Below are positions 25,142-35,085 of a stretch of 64,000 bases of DNA, piece after piece; the first letter of the stretch is position 1, and the number at the start of each line of letters is the position of its first letter. The position numbers were made by a program, and so were the translations under genes. The DNA is taken from NCBI GenBank assembly GCA_039811685.1, contig JBDHZC010000001.1:288001-352000 (forward strand), in the 5' to 3' direction. Under the pieces are notes generated by a model. It made no database searches. It worked only from the letters and a program-made list of their open reading frames with translations, and was not told the DNA's origin. This DNA is from Armatimonadota bacterium. GTDB lineage: Bacteria > Armatimonadota > UBA5829 > DSUL01.

Positions 25142-26914
25142 ATGAATCAGACTGTTATTATCGCTATCTTATTTTCCGTTTTACTGGCTATACCGGCTTC
25201 AGGAGTTGAGGCCGCGCAGGAGCCGCCAAACAATCCGAGCACAGCCGAGGCGGCAGCCTGGGTGAAAGAGCATCAGCCCAAGCAGATGCCGCGAAAAGGA
25301 ATCGTACCTTCCGGTGTCATGTTGATGACCAACGATCCAGGGGGTAATCCCGGGGACGACTGGGACGACGTTGGCACCTGGAGAACGATCCGCGAGGCCT
25401 ACATTGACCAGACGGGCTGCAACACGGAGCACGTTGGCATCAGTTGGGGCGCCACGGAAAAGAGCGCTCCGGTTGGCGGCAGGCACACATACGATTTTTC
25501 AGGCGTTCGCGTAAGTCCTCGAGCTCTGCGCCAGAAGTACATCATCTGCAAGCTGGATCATATGAACAGCGACTGGGGCAACAAGCTCCTGTTCTCTCAG
25601 GACAGCAAAGATCGACAGATCTACGATCAGTACCTGTCCGCATGGGCTAAAGCGGTCGCGCAGTATATGAACCAGAAATATGGCGTCACTCTTTTTGAAT
25701 GCGGAGGCAACGAGCGCGATCTTGTGGCGGAATCCACGTTCAAGCCTTACTTCCCCAACTGGTACGTCTTCTATATGACCCCAGTGCGAGCCATCTACAA
25801 CGGAGTCAAAGCGGCCTCCCCAAACAACAGGCTGATTGCGGGCAACTTCTGCTACACCGACCGGGCGCACGTTAGCTGCATGTTCCTGCTGGACGGAAAG
25901 CGCTATTTCGACATCTACGCTATCCACGCCTACGGGCCTCAGGATGCTCATATCGACATGGAGCAGCTTGTGGAAGCCAGGCAGGAGCTCGAGGCACGTG
26001 GGGCTGGAGACGTCCCGATTCTGGTAGTTGAAGGCTGGTCCAGCCTGCCACTACCCGCGTCCATTGAGCAAGATAGGACCTGGAAGGGTGGGGCTCGTCC
26101 CTACACCGAGCCAGAGATTGAGCACTTTCGTCAGGCGGTACTTGACGGGTGGCGCAATCTGACGACAGAGCGTCCTGGTGAGTACAGCCTCAAAAATCTC
26201 GCAGGAGCGAACTTCTTCGTGCTCAACGATCACTGGGGAGGGCGCGGTTGGGCGGCTCGCGGAAAAGCCCAGTACGACGACAGCGGAAAGCTGAAAGGCT
26301 TCCTGTTGGACGGCTACTACATAGGCACGACTGATCCAGATTATCTCAAACCAATTCTCCGCCCCTGGGGCCTGATTGACATCAACGGTCTTCCAAAGGG
26401 AGATACTGTGTACGGGTTTCCGCCATACCTGCCAAAGAACAACTTCACCGCTACACTGCATGTGGACTTGGAGACGTCTTACTATGACTCCAGGCATCCG
26501 GAATGGACTGCGCCGCAGGTGAAAGCTGCAACGACCTACCGCGCAACTGTTGAGTTCACTAACAAAGAAAAGACACCCATGACGGACTGCCATTTCAGTC
26601 TTTCTGAGAGAAGCGACAAGGACTCCCCGGGAGGATACGCCTTTGCCTTTGTGCAGGGCCAACTGCATACAACCGCCAATCCGGATGAGCGCCATCTCGT
26701 GCAGGCTACTCTGATTTCACCGAAGCCTCCAACCACAGTCCAGCCGGGACAGACAGTGACTCTGGAGTATGAAGTCACCTTTGACCCGTCCCTGGACGCT
26801 GCCCCGGATGGAGTCCAGAAGCGCGTCCGTCCGATCGCAAACCTGTATTACGTGTGGGATGGACGGCCTTACCACACAGACGCCTGGCTGCCACGCGTGA
26901 TGGTGAAAAAATAA
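25142..26914 (+). CDS. Secreted putative clan GH-A-like glycoside hydrolase
   Basis: Signal peptide, candidate acid/base GGNE, AIHAYG and candidate nucleophile ILVVEGW. Confidence 0.5.
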   Translation: MNQTVIIAILFSVLLAIPASGVEAAQEPPNNPSTAEAAAWVKEHQPKQMPRKGIVPSGVMLMTNDPGGNPGDDWDDVGTWRTIREAYIDQTGCNTEHVGISWGATEKSAPVGGRHTYDFSGVRVSPRALRQKYIICKLDHMNSDWGNKLLFSQDSKDRQIYDQYLSAWAKAVAQYMNQKYGVTLFECGGNERDLVAESTFKPYFPNWYVFYMTPVRAIYNGVKAASPNNRLIAGNFCYTDRAHVSCMFLLDGKRYFDIYAIHAYGPQDAHIDMEQLVEARQELEARGAGDVPILVVEGWSSLPLPASIEQDRTWKGGARPYTEPEIEHFRQAVLDGWRNLTTERPGEYSLKNLAGANFFVLNDHWGGRGWAARGKAQYDDSGKLKGFLLDGYYIGTTDPDYLKPILRPWGLIDINGLPKGDTVYGFPPYLPKNNFTATLHVDLETSYYDSRHPEWTAPQVKAATTYRATVEFTNKEKTPMTDCHFSLSERSDKDSPGGYAFAFVQGQLHTTANPDERHLVQATLISPKPPTTVQPGQTVTLEYEVTFDPSLDAAPDGVQKRVRPIANLYYVWDGRPYHTDAWLPRVMVKK

Positions 26915-26945
26915 CTGAGCGACTGTTCCGACAGGAGAATCCGAC

Positions 26946-29621
26946 ATGATCGTCCTGCGCACAGGAAGGGCAAGGCTTTTCACAAGGTGGGCGCTGAGCG
27001 CTACCATTCTGGCACTCGCACTTGGAGGCGCTGCTATGGCTGCCGTCATCCCGGTTGATGATTTTGAAAATACGCCTGAGTCTGCGTGGAGTTTCACGAA
27101 TGGATCGGAGTACCCCGGCGCAAGAGGCTCTTTCTCCATCTCCCGCAAGGGTGGATACGCGACCTCTCGCTGTGGGATTCTCGCCTGGGATTTCGGCGGC
27201 GGAGGCAACTATGTGCAGGTAAGCCGCTCACTCCCCAAAATTTCTCAGGTGAGGTCTCTCAGGCTGTGGATCAAAAAACCGTATGCCAATTCCATCGGAG
27301 TGCGCTTTACCGACTCCCAGGGGCAGACGTTTCAGAAGAGCTTCAATTTTCCGAAGAAGGACTGGCAGGAAGTTGACATCAGCCTGGGCGGCTGGGCAGT
27401 GTCCTGGGGAGGAAAAGGCGACGGTGTATTTCGCGGAGATCCAACTCTGTTTGGGATTCTCGTTGACAATAACGCCGACAAAACCGGAACGCTGTTGTTT
27501 GATGATCTGCGCCTCGTGACTGAAGACACATCCGCCGATACCGCCGGTCCGGTCACCTATACTGTACAGACACTTTCAGGCCATTCATTCGGCGGTGATG
27601 TCTCACTATTCGGTCAACCGGCCAGCCTGGCGCTATCCGTTAACGCCCCTGCCGAGCGAAAAGTCCGGCTGGTTATTGGCTCTCATTTCCATTCGTACGA
27701 GCGGGAACTGACCACAACAATATCCGGTGCTCAAACCCTGCATTGCGATCTTGGCAGCATGGAAGATTGGGAGGCGAAAGGCTCAGAGAAGGGGATTCAG
27801 TATCCGCTCCGACTCCTGGGGATACAAAGTGATTCAGGGCTCCGTCTCGAAGATTTGAAGGTCACGACCAGGATCGATCCGTCGCAACGCGTGGTTCTGA
27901 TACCAGCCGGCCGAATGGAGAAGGACACAGCTCTGTTTGACGTTACGCTGCAGAGCATTCTTCCAGGGGCCACTCAGGGCAGATTACACTGTATCGCCCG
28001 GGACTGGGATCACAATCAGTTGGCCGAACGCTCAGTCGCCGTCAGCCTTCCTGCGGGGAGCAGCGTGACCAGGCGCGTCTCAATACCTGCTCACAACCGT
28101 CCGTTCGTGGAGTTGGAATGCCGCTTCGTCACCTCAGATCACAGCTATGGCCCCTCAACCGAGTGTGCGGTGGCTCCTGAACCAGAGCTTCCCCCTCAAA
28201 GCGCTGCGAAAGGCTCCCCGTGGGGAGTGGGTATATATCTTTACCGATTTGCGGGTGATCCGGCTGGCCCCAGACAGATGGATGCTCTTGCGGCAATGGC
28301 TGCACGCGCAGGAGTGAAATGGTCGCGCGAAGAGATGCAGTGGCATCGGATTGAGCCGGAAAAGGGTAGGTTCGACTGGACTTTCTATGACCAGCTTGTG
28401 GACACAGCCGAGCGTCACGGCATCAGTGTTTACGGTCTTATTGCGTACTGGTCTTCGTGGACAAAACCATATACTCAGGAAGGGATTGAGGACTACGCGC
28501 GCTATTGCCGGGCTCTGGTTTCCCACTACAAGGATCGCATTCACTACTGGGAGGTGTACAACGAACCAAACATTTTCTTCTGGAGCGGGCCAAAGGCCCT
28601 CTACCCGGAGCTTCTAAAAGCGGCCTACGCTGCAATTAAAGAAGCCGACCCCACCGCCCGCGTGTTGGGATGTTCCACGGCGGGTATTGACAGCGGATTC
28701 ATAGACATGGTGAACAGAGCCAAGGCGCCCTATGACATTTTGACCGTGCATCCGTATCGCCCCTGGCTGAATGAAGCTGCCTTCATCGACGATCTTCGTG
28801 GCGCACAAAAACTGACCGCAACAGATGGCAAAGGCAAGCCAGTCTGGATTACGGAGATGGGCTGGGCCACGCCTGTCGGTGGGACAACTCAGCGAGAGCA
28901 GGCGCAGTTGCTGGCTCGCTGTTACCTTTCGGCTGTTGCGGCGCAAGTTGATACAAACATATCCTGGTACGATTTTCGCGACGACGGAAATAACCCCTTC
29001 TATCACGAGCATCATTTTGGAGTTATTCGCAACGACATGACGCCAAAGCCGGCCTACCGCGCTCTGGGCACGGTCTGCCGAAATCTACCGGGCGCGACAG
29101 TGGCCAAATCGCTGAATCTTCCGCATGGGCTGATGGGATACGTGTATAAAACCAGCGCGGGTCCGGCGACAGTAATCTGGCATCCGGATCAGGCCGCGAT
29201 TCTTCGTCTCTCAACAGGTGCAGGGCGCATTGTGAATCTGATGGGTGAGGAAGTGCAGCCACTATCGGTTGCTGGCTCCAAATATATCCTCCTCCAACCC
29301 GCGAGCCCGGTGCTGTTGACAGGTGACGCGAGTTCGGTTATCAATGCACAGCAACCTGTTTTGAGGGTTGAGGACGTTGCAGGTTTGTCGAAGATGCGGG
29401 TGACAATCTCAGGCCTTCCGCCGGGTGTGTCCGCGACTGTCGAAGCGCCACCACACTGGCCGGCCTCCTCAGTTCGCGGTTCTGCCAAAGTGGAGTGGGA
29501 GATGAAGCCGCCCGAGAGCGCGTCAGGGCCCTATATGGCGCAGCTCAGGCTGCGCGCAGCGTCTCGGACGCTTGCAGTGCCCGTTGTACTGCACGTGCAG
29601 CCTGCGCTTCTCAAAGTGTAG
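26946..29621 (+). CDS. Secreted multidomain glycoside hydrolase (GH39/GH5-like catalytic domain, N-terminal CBM-like domains)
   Basis: WHRIEPEKGRFDW, WEVYNEPN, TVHPY, VWITEMGW and FGVIRNDMTPKPAY. Confidence 0.75.
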   Translation: MIVLRTGRARLFTRWALSATILALALGGAAMAAVIPVDDFENTPESAWSFTNGSEYPGARGSFSISRKGGYATSRCGILAWDFGGGGNYVQVSRSLPKISQVRSLRLWIKKPYANSIGVRFTDSQGQTFQKSFNFPKKDWQEVDISLGGWAVSWGGKGDGVFRGDPTLFGILVDNNADKTGTLLFDDLRLVTEDTSADTAGPVTYTVQTLSGHSFGGDVSLFGQPASLALSVNAPAERKVRLVIGSHFHSYERELTTTISGAQTLHCDLGSMEDWEAKGSEKGIQYPLRLLGIQSDSGLRLEDLKVTTRIDPSQRVVLIPAGRMEKDTALFDVTLQSILPGATQGRLHCIARDWDHNQLAERSVAVSLPAGSSVTRRVSIPAHNRPFVELECRFVTSDHSYGPSTECAVAPEPELPPQSAAKGSPWGVGIYLYRFAGDPAGPRQMDALAAMAARAGVKWSREEMQWHRIEPEKGRFDWTFYDQLVDTAERHGISVYGLIAYWSSWTKPYTQEGIEDYARYCRALVSHYKDRIHYWEVYNEPNIFFWSGPKALYPELLKAAYAAIKEADPTARVLGCSTAGIDSGFIDMVNRAKAPYDILTVHPYRPWLNEAAFIDDLRGAQKLTATDGKGKPVWITEMGWATPVGGTTQREQAQLLARCYLSAVAAQVDTNISWYDFRDDGNNPFYHEHHFGVIRNDMTPKPAYRALGTVCRNLPGATVAKSLNLPHGLMGYVYKTSAGPATVIWHPDQAAILRLSTGAGRIVNLMGEEVQPLSVAGSKYILLQPASPVLLTGDASSVINAQQPVLRVEDVAGLSKMRVTISGLPPGVSATVEAPPHWPASSVRGSAKVEWEMKPPESASGPYMAQLRLRAASRTLAVPVVLHVQPALLKV

Positions 29622-29665
29622 CGACCAGAATGATTTCGTGTGAAACCTGACAGGGAGTTCGATAT

Positions 29666-30298
29666 ATGAGCCTGAGAAAACTGAAATCCTGGCTTGGGAT
29701 GGATCTGCATTCTGAAGAGGAAGTTGTCGCTCCGGCATCTTTCGTTGAGCAGGTGACAAAGCTGGACTCTCTGGGCCTGCATCTGAACCCAGGTATCGAG
29801 CCCGAAGACCTCGAAGGTGACTGGGACGCAGATATGCTGGCGCAGGCAGAGCCTTTCGAGTTGGCTTACATCTCCATGGGTGGCGATATGCAGAGGGAGG
29901 GTGAAGCCGTTCCTGTGAGCGATCAGCTTTTTCTCTTAGAGAGTGGGTCTATCTCCAATCCTGGAGACTGCGCCCGTATCATCACCGCTCTCGCTCGGAT
30001 TTCCGCAGGCGAAGTCAAGATTCAAAATGCCTCTGACACACTGCAACCTGGAGCCTCAAAAGCGTGCGTCAGCTTTGATGTTGCCGAGGAGCACCTCGAG
30101 TGGGACGTTCGTGTGACAGATGGAGATGTTGACGCGACACTATTTACTCAGATGGTTGAGTTGACGGAGAAGCTGGGGACGCGCGGGCGGTACACGTCTT
30201 TTGCGACAGGAGATGATCTGGTTATCGGCTTTGCCACCCCGGAGCAACTCGCCCGCCTGCGCAAAGAGACCAGCCTGGACATTGTCTGGCTTGAGTAG
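29666..30298 (+). CDS. Hypothetical acidic protein
   Basis: 210-aa ORF with GGGAG RBS. It fills the gap between genes. Confidence 0.6.
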   Translation: MSLRKLKSWLGMDLHSEEEVVAPASFVEQVTKLDSLGLHLNPGIEPEDLEGDWDADMLAQAEPFELAYISMGGDMQREGEAVPVSDQLFLLESGSISNPGDCARIITALARISAGEVKIQNASDTLQPGASKACVSFDVAEEHLEWDVRVTDGDVDATLFTQMVELTEKLGTRGRYTSFATGDDLVIGFATPEQLARLRKETSLDIVWLE

Positions 30299-30313
30299 AG
30301 ACTACTCGGCCGG

Positions 30314-31573
30314 CTAGAGCTTCCACACCCAGCCTCGGCGATTGCAGAACGCGATAATCAGCCACAGACACACCGTCCACAGAAGCCCCCACAGCAGGCC
30401 ATTGTATCCGGTCTTGTCCAGCAGGAATGCCTTCCAGTGAGGGGAGGAACACAAAGACGCCCAGGAGTTCAATTGGTCGTTGACGCTTCCTGAGAAAAAA
30501 GGCTCAAGCCCAAGTGCCCTGAAGGCCAGTCGCATGATTATTTGCATAAAGTAGGCAAGCAGAGCATTGCGTCCCAAAACATTGAGCGGCAACATCCAGC
30601 CTCGCATCCCCACTGCCGTATAAGCGTGGTGGAAGAGCAAAAAGACGAGCGCTCCGAGACCACTGGCGAAGAAGGCGTAAGAAGACGTAACGTCAGATTT
30701 GTTGAAGCACAGCCATGTGTGACCGCTCATCAAACCTAGCTGATGTGTAGCCAATCCTACGCCCCCAAATACCAGTGCCAGTGACGCCCCTGCAGTTGTG
30801 ATGCGGCGGTTGTCACGTGTGGCCAGAGCCTCACCGAGCAGTGTCCCAATCATGGCCATCACCCCGTAAGAGACAGAAACCCACGGTCTACAGTGGATCG
30901 TCAGTGGTCGTCGCCAGTCTCCGCTGATGTTGGTGACACTCCAGAAAGGCTGGCTTCCATCTCCGAAGTGCAGCCACCAGCCGAACGTCCGGGACATGAC
31001 CGTGTGAAAAATGGCTATGACTAGAATCGCGGCTAATCGCCACCGCAGCGGCAGGCGCATGGCAAGCGCCGCCATCAGGTAGGCCACGCCGATTGCCTGA
31101 AGAATGCCCCACCAGTAAGACAGTGAGAGTATCAAGCTGATGTAGACAACTCCCGCCGCGATGAGCATGAGAGTCCGCGAGATCACTCTGTTGCGCCACT
31201 GCTTGCCGCGCCGGACGCGACTCAAGGGGATGCACATGCCAACGACAAGGACAAACCATGGAGCAACCAGATCTGTGACCGTGCACCCAACGTTTTTCAG
31301 GCGCGCTTCGGGAAGTTTGAGAATCTCCGAGTCGGTCAGACCTTCAGCCTTGCGCTGCTCCACAAACTCCTCCCAGCCGACCTCAGCATGGTTCCACGTG
31401 GAGACCGGCAGGCTGCCAAACCATGACCCACGCTGAGGCAGGTCCTTGTAACCTCCCGCTGCCACTGCGATGACCAGGATCATCAGGAATATCGTGAATC
31501 CTCGAAACAGATCGATGGACTCAAGACGCCCAGATGCGGATGATTCTGTCCCTTCAGATGCACTCATGAACAT
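30314..31573 (-). CDS. HGSNAT/NagX-like (DUF5009) membrane acyltransferase
   Basis: RLESIDLFRGFTIFLMI, TDLVAPWF, GILQAIG and LGRNALLAY, multi-TM. Confidence 0.8.
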   Translation of the reverse strand: MFMSASEGTESSASGRLESIDLFRGFTIFLMILVIAVAAGGYKDLPQRGSWFGSLPVSTWNHAEVGWEEFVEQRKAEGLTDSEILKLPEARLKNVGCTVTDLVAPWFVLVVGMCIPLSRVRRGKQWRNRVISRTLMLIAAGVVYISLILSLSYWWGILQAIGVAYLMAALAMRLPLRWRLAAILVIAIFHTVMSRTFGWWLHFGDGSQPFWSVTNISGDWRRPLTIHCRPWVSVSYGVMAMIGTLLGEALATRDNRRITTAGASLALVFGGVGLATHQLGLMSGHTWLCFNKSDVTSSYAFFASGLGALVFLLFHHAYTAVGMRGWMLPLNVLGRNALLAYFMQIIMRLAFRALGLEPFFSGSVNDQLNSWASLCSSPHWKAFLLDKTGYNGLLWGLLWTVCLWLIIAFCNRRGWVWKL

Positions 31574-31582
31574 CTACCTCTT

Positions 31583-32014
31583 TCACCGTGCGAAAAGGTC
31601 TCTCAACAAATCGCGCACGTCCGTGGCGTCCTGACGCAGCCGTTTTTGGACATCTCTTGGATTGGCCGGCTGGAACACTTCTCCTCGAATTCGCTGTACA
31701 TCTTCCCACTTGCTTCTGATGGCCTGAGCATTGCCGGACTCAGCCGTTTTGCCGGCCGCATCGAGAAGCGCAAGAGAAGACGCTACCGAATCAGCGGCCT
31801 GCTCTGGTTGTCCGTTGCCCGTGTATCGCGCGGCGTCGTCCAGCGTGCGGGAAGACTGTTCCAGGAGCGCGCTCAGACTCTGGTAGCGGATTCGATCGCG
31901 CTCCGCCGCCAGCCTGCCCACATGGGCGGTCTGCCACCACGCGTCCAGCAGTAAAACCAGCGTCACTACCGCCCAGATGCTAAAAAGCGTTTTTTTCACC
32001 TTATTCATATCCAA
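31583..32014 (-). CDS. Hypothetical membrane-anchored helical protein
   Basis: N-terminal TM helix. It lies directly upstream of the acyltransferase in the same orientation. Confidence 0.55.
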   Translation of the reverse strand: MDMNKVKKTLFSIWAVVTLVLLLDAWWQTAHVGRLAAERDRIRYQSLSALLEQSSRTLDDAARYTGNGQPEQAADSVASSLALLDAAGKTAESGNAQAIRSKWEDVQRIRGEVFQPANPRDVQKRLRQDATDVRDLLRDLFAR

Positions 32015-32059
32015 ACCTCACTTCCCGTAGTGTAAAGCTTACGCTATGATAGAGACACA

Positions 32060-33250
32060 ATGAATCTTGTCAAGTGTATCTTCTTTGTTGAAGCGCGTAT
32101 AAGGGGTGCAATGCTGATGAGCCTGTTACTTGCCGGGACGGCCGGAAGTTGCGTGAATAGCTCTACGTTGAGCCTGTTTGCAGGAAAGGATCTTTCCAAA
32201 CTGAGCCTTGAAGCGGCTGCTGTTTCCGGGGAAGAGATCGTGGTGGATTCATCCGCGAATCTGGCGCAAAAAGCAGGTTCAGGTCCGTCTGCTGGCAAGC
32301 TGTATCGGCAGGCCCAGTTAACGACGCCGGTCATTGCTCCTCCGGAAGTTTTTGACCAGCTCATTGTCTCCTGGAACGCCTCGTGTCCTGAAGGTACGTG
32401 GGTGGTAGTGGAAGCGCGGGCGCGTCAGGCTGGGAAGTGGAGTCCGTGGTTCAATCTTGGGTACTGGGCTCTTGACACCACAATTACGCGCACGAGCATT
32501 AGTGGCCAGAAGAATGCTTTCGGGCGAGTAGATACGGACACGCTGGTGCTGTCAAAGCCCGCGGACGCCGCTCAGGTGCGCCTGCAACTGTGCTTTACGG
32601 GCAAGAAGACACCGTCTGTCAAGCTAATTGCGTGCGATCTCTCCAGGTCTTCAGAAAGTGGCGATATTGCGGCATCGTCAAACGCAAAGACTCCGTTGGA
32701 TGTTCCGCAGATCTCCCAGCTTTCTTATCCACCGAAAGGCTCCGTGTGGTGCAGTCCGACGTCCGTGACAATGGTTATGAATTACTGGGCGCAAAGGCTC
32801 CAGCGCTCAGAACTCGCGACAGACGTTCGCTTAGCTGCCGCTGCCATCTACGATGAGCAATGGGGCGGCACAGGAAATTGGACTTTCAATACGGCGTTTG
32901 CCGGATCTCGCCCGGGTTTGCGCGCGTTCTGTACTCGCCTGCGTGGCTTTGCAGACGTGCAACGCTGGACGGACAGGGGTGTGCCGGTCATCCTCAGCAT
33001 CTCGACCAAAATCCTCTATGACAGGCAGACCGGCGGGGACAGCGGCCATCTCATCGTTTGTGACGGCTTTGATGACAAGGGTGATCCAGTCGTCAACGAT
33101 CCATACACAAAGCTGGACGAAGGACAGAGTGTCCGGAGAACTTATCCGCGCGAGAAGCTTTTCAAAGCGTGGCGTTCTTCCCTAGGAACGGTCTACCTCA
33201 TCTACCCGGAGTCTATGGACAAGGAGACAGCCACTCTTCTCAGTCAGTAG
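32060..33250 (+). CDS. Peptidase C39-like family protein
   Basis: VPQISQ, WCSPTS (Cys), SGHLIV (His) and VVNDP (Asp). The true start may be slightly downstream. Confidence 0.82.
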   Translation: MNLVKCIFFVEARIRGAMLMSLLLAGTAGSCVNSSTLSLFAGKDLSKLSLEAAAVSGEEIVVDSSANLAQKAGSGPSAGKLYRQAQLTTPVIAPPEVFDQLIVSWNASCPEGTWVVVEARARQAGKWSPWFNLGYWALDTTITRTSISGQKNAFGRVDTDTLVLSKPADAAQVRLQLCFTGKKTPSVKLIACDLSRSSESGDIAASSNAKTPLDVPQISQLSYPPKGSVWCSPTSVTMVMNYWAQRLQRSELATDVRLAAAAIYDEQWGGTGNWTFNTAFAGSRPGLRAFCTRLRGFADVQRWTDRGVPVILSISTKILYDRQTGGDSGHLIVCDGFDDKGDPVVNDPYTKLDEGQSVRRTYPREKLFKAWRSSLGTVYLIYPESMDKETATLLSQ

Positions 33251-33260
33251 AGCGCGGGCT

Positions 33261-34817
33261 CTAAGCGGGCGCCATGGCAGGCCACTCCAGAGGCACGCCA
33301 CGGGAGCGAAGCGCATCTTGTAGCGCTTTCAGGTGATTGCTGTCTTCTCGCACCTGATGAATAGTAACGCCTGTCGCGTTCACATAGGCGGCAAGCGTTC
33401 CCGCCGCCTCGCCGATATTCCACTCAACAGGATGCAGCCTGTACGCGCCGTTTGAAATGTGCGTTGTGCCAATGTTTTTGCACGCTGCGATGAGGTTGCG
33501 CATGCGCTGGGGAATCAGCGCTCCCAGGGGAATCTGAAAAGGACAACAGCCAATATCGATAAAGCGGCTGGACTGGGCGCACATGTGAATGTCTATGCGG
33601 TAGAGCCCGATCCCGACACTGTCAACAAAGCTCTCAGCCAGAGGGCCGGGTTGGCAATCGGGGGAGATGTGCTGCTCAAGAACGCGGAAAACAGGCAGGA
33701 TTCTCCGTGACTCGCGAACGTAAGGGTACTGCGCCAGTCCGTCTTCCGTCCCTACTAAATCGGGACGCAGCCTGAGTCCCGGAAAGCCTGTGCCACCGTC
33801 TGGTCTTGGCGCTTCGGTCTGCATCCAGTACAGCAAGCTGAGACTCAGGCGCTTTCCGGCATCCAGGACTTCCTGCCGGACGTCTTCTGATTTGTCGAGG
33901 AAATTACCACGGAAATCGTTTTGTGGCCAGTTCACCAGAGTCACGTCCCCGGGGAAGGCCCCTGCTGCAAACTGCGCAGCATCCAGTACTCGACGGTAGC
34001 GCCATAGAGAGACGCCTTCCCATCCGGGAGCATCCCACAGAATGAACGGACGGTCGGCGCCAGTGATCGGGTGAATCTGTAACCACTGGATAGGCTGGGC
34101 GTCGCGCAGCGCCTCGTAGCCTTTAGGTTTTTCTATGACGTGATCTTCCCCTGCGCAATGATCCATCAGGAAACACCACGTGAAGGACTGCACATCTTCC
34201 GGGTTGGCGCTGCCTTCCAGGGCATGTGGCTCTCCGGTGTCGTTTTGCGACTCTGCGCCGCTCACGTATTCAGTGCCAGTCAACGGCAGAAGGTCTCCGG
34301 TCTCTGTGGCGTCTATCACTACTGGTGCGTGGACGCCTATTTCGCCACCACTCCTGAGACTGCGAAAAGTTACTGATCGGACCCAATCACCTTGGACATC
34401 AGCGGAGCATGGAATGTGTTCCGGGAAAAGCTGGATGCGGCCTGAAGTGATGTGTGGAGCAAGCATCTCGTGTAGAACAGCCAAACCAACACGGGGTTCC
34501 TGGCAAAGATGACTCACCCATCCATTGCCCGGATTGAAGGTTGGATTGGCGCGGACTTCCGGGCGAAGCGGGTAGTTGCGCCGGTAATAGTCGCGAATTC
34601 CATTGCGAAGTCTATACCAGGACCTCGTGGCCCCAAAGCTCTCAATGTAACGATTCTCATCCGGACAGGAGACAGCCTGCGAAGTGAGTTGCCCTCCAAT
34701 CCAGGCGCATCCCTCAGTCAAGATGACCCGCTGATCCATCTCAGCAGCAGCCAGCGCAGCCGCGCATCCTCCAAGGCTTGCGCCGGCGACCAGAACGTCA
34801 CAACTCAGCTCTTTCAT
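33261..34817 (-). CDS. FAD-dependent oxidoreductase
   Basis: DVLVAGASLGGCAAA, WIGGQLTSQ, IDATETGDL, PYVRESRRI and FQIPLGALIP. Confidence 0.88.
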   Translation of the reverse strand: MKELSCDVLVAGASLGGCAAALAAAEMDQRVILTEGCAWIGGQLTSQAVSCPDENRYIESFGATRSWYRLRNGIRDYYRRNYPLRPEVRANPTFNPGNGWVSHLCQEPRVGLAVLHEMLAPHITSGRIQLFPEHIPCSADVQGDWVRSVTFRSLRSGGEIGVHAPVVIDATETGDLLPLTGTEYVSGAESQNDTGEPHALEGSANPEDVQSFTWCFLMDHCAGEDHVIEKPKGYEALRDAQPIQWLQIHPITGADRPFILWDAPGWEGVSLWRYRRVLDAAQFAAGAFPGDVTLVNWPQNDFRGNFLDKSEDVRQEVLDAGKRLSLSLLYWMQTEAPRPDGGTGFPGLRLRPDLVGTEDGLAQYPYVRESRRILPVFRVLEQHISPDCQPGPLAESFVDSVGIGLYRIDIHMCAQSSRFIDIGCCPFQIPLGALIPQRMRNLIAACKNIGTTHISNGAYRLHPVEWNIGEAAGTLAAYVNATGVTIHQVREDSNHLKALQDALRSRGVPLEWPAMAPA

Positions 34818-34928
34818 CCTCTATCAACAAACTCCGTGGTCATTGTTCAACTCCAGGCAGACACTCTGGATTTCGCGCGCGTGAGTGAGAACCTGGAGAG
34901 AAAAGTTTCGCTTACACACGAGGCGTTT

Positions 34929-34998
34929 GTTCTCAGCAGGCAGCCTGATTTCCTGCCGTAGAGGGAAGGCGCAGGAGAGAGGGAAGTCGCTGCAGAAT
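34929..34998. promoter_or_regulatory. Back-to-back SigH-like promoters
   Basis: Minus strand GCAGGA-N18-GAAC (34956-34929) faces the oxidoreductase. Plus strand GCAGGA-N18-GAAT (34971-34998) faces htrA. Confidence 0.6.
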
Positions 34999-35085
34999 CT
35001 CTCTGCGTGTCAGCAACATTGCCAACACTTAGCGAACGATGAATTGACGATTACCACTATGAAAATGAAAGCGGTTCAATATCAG

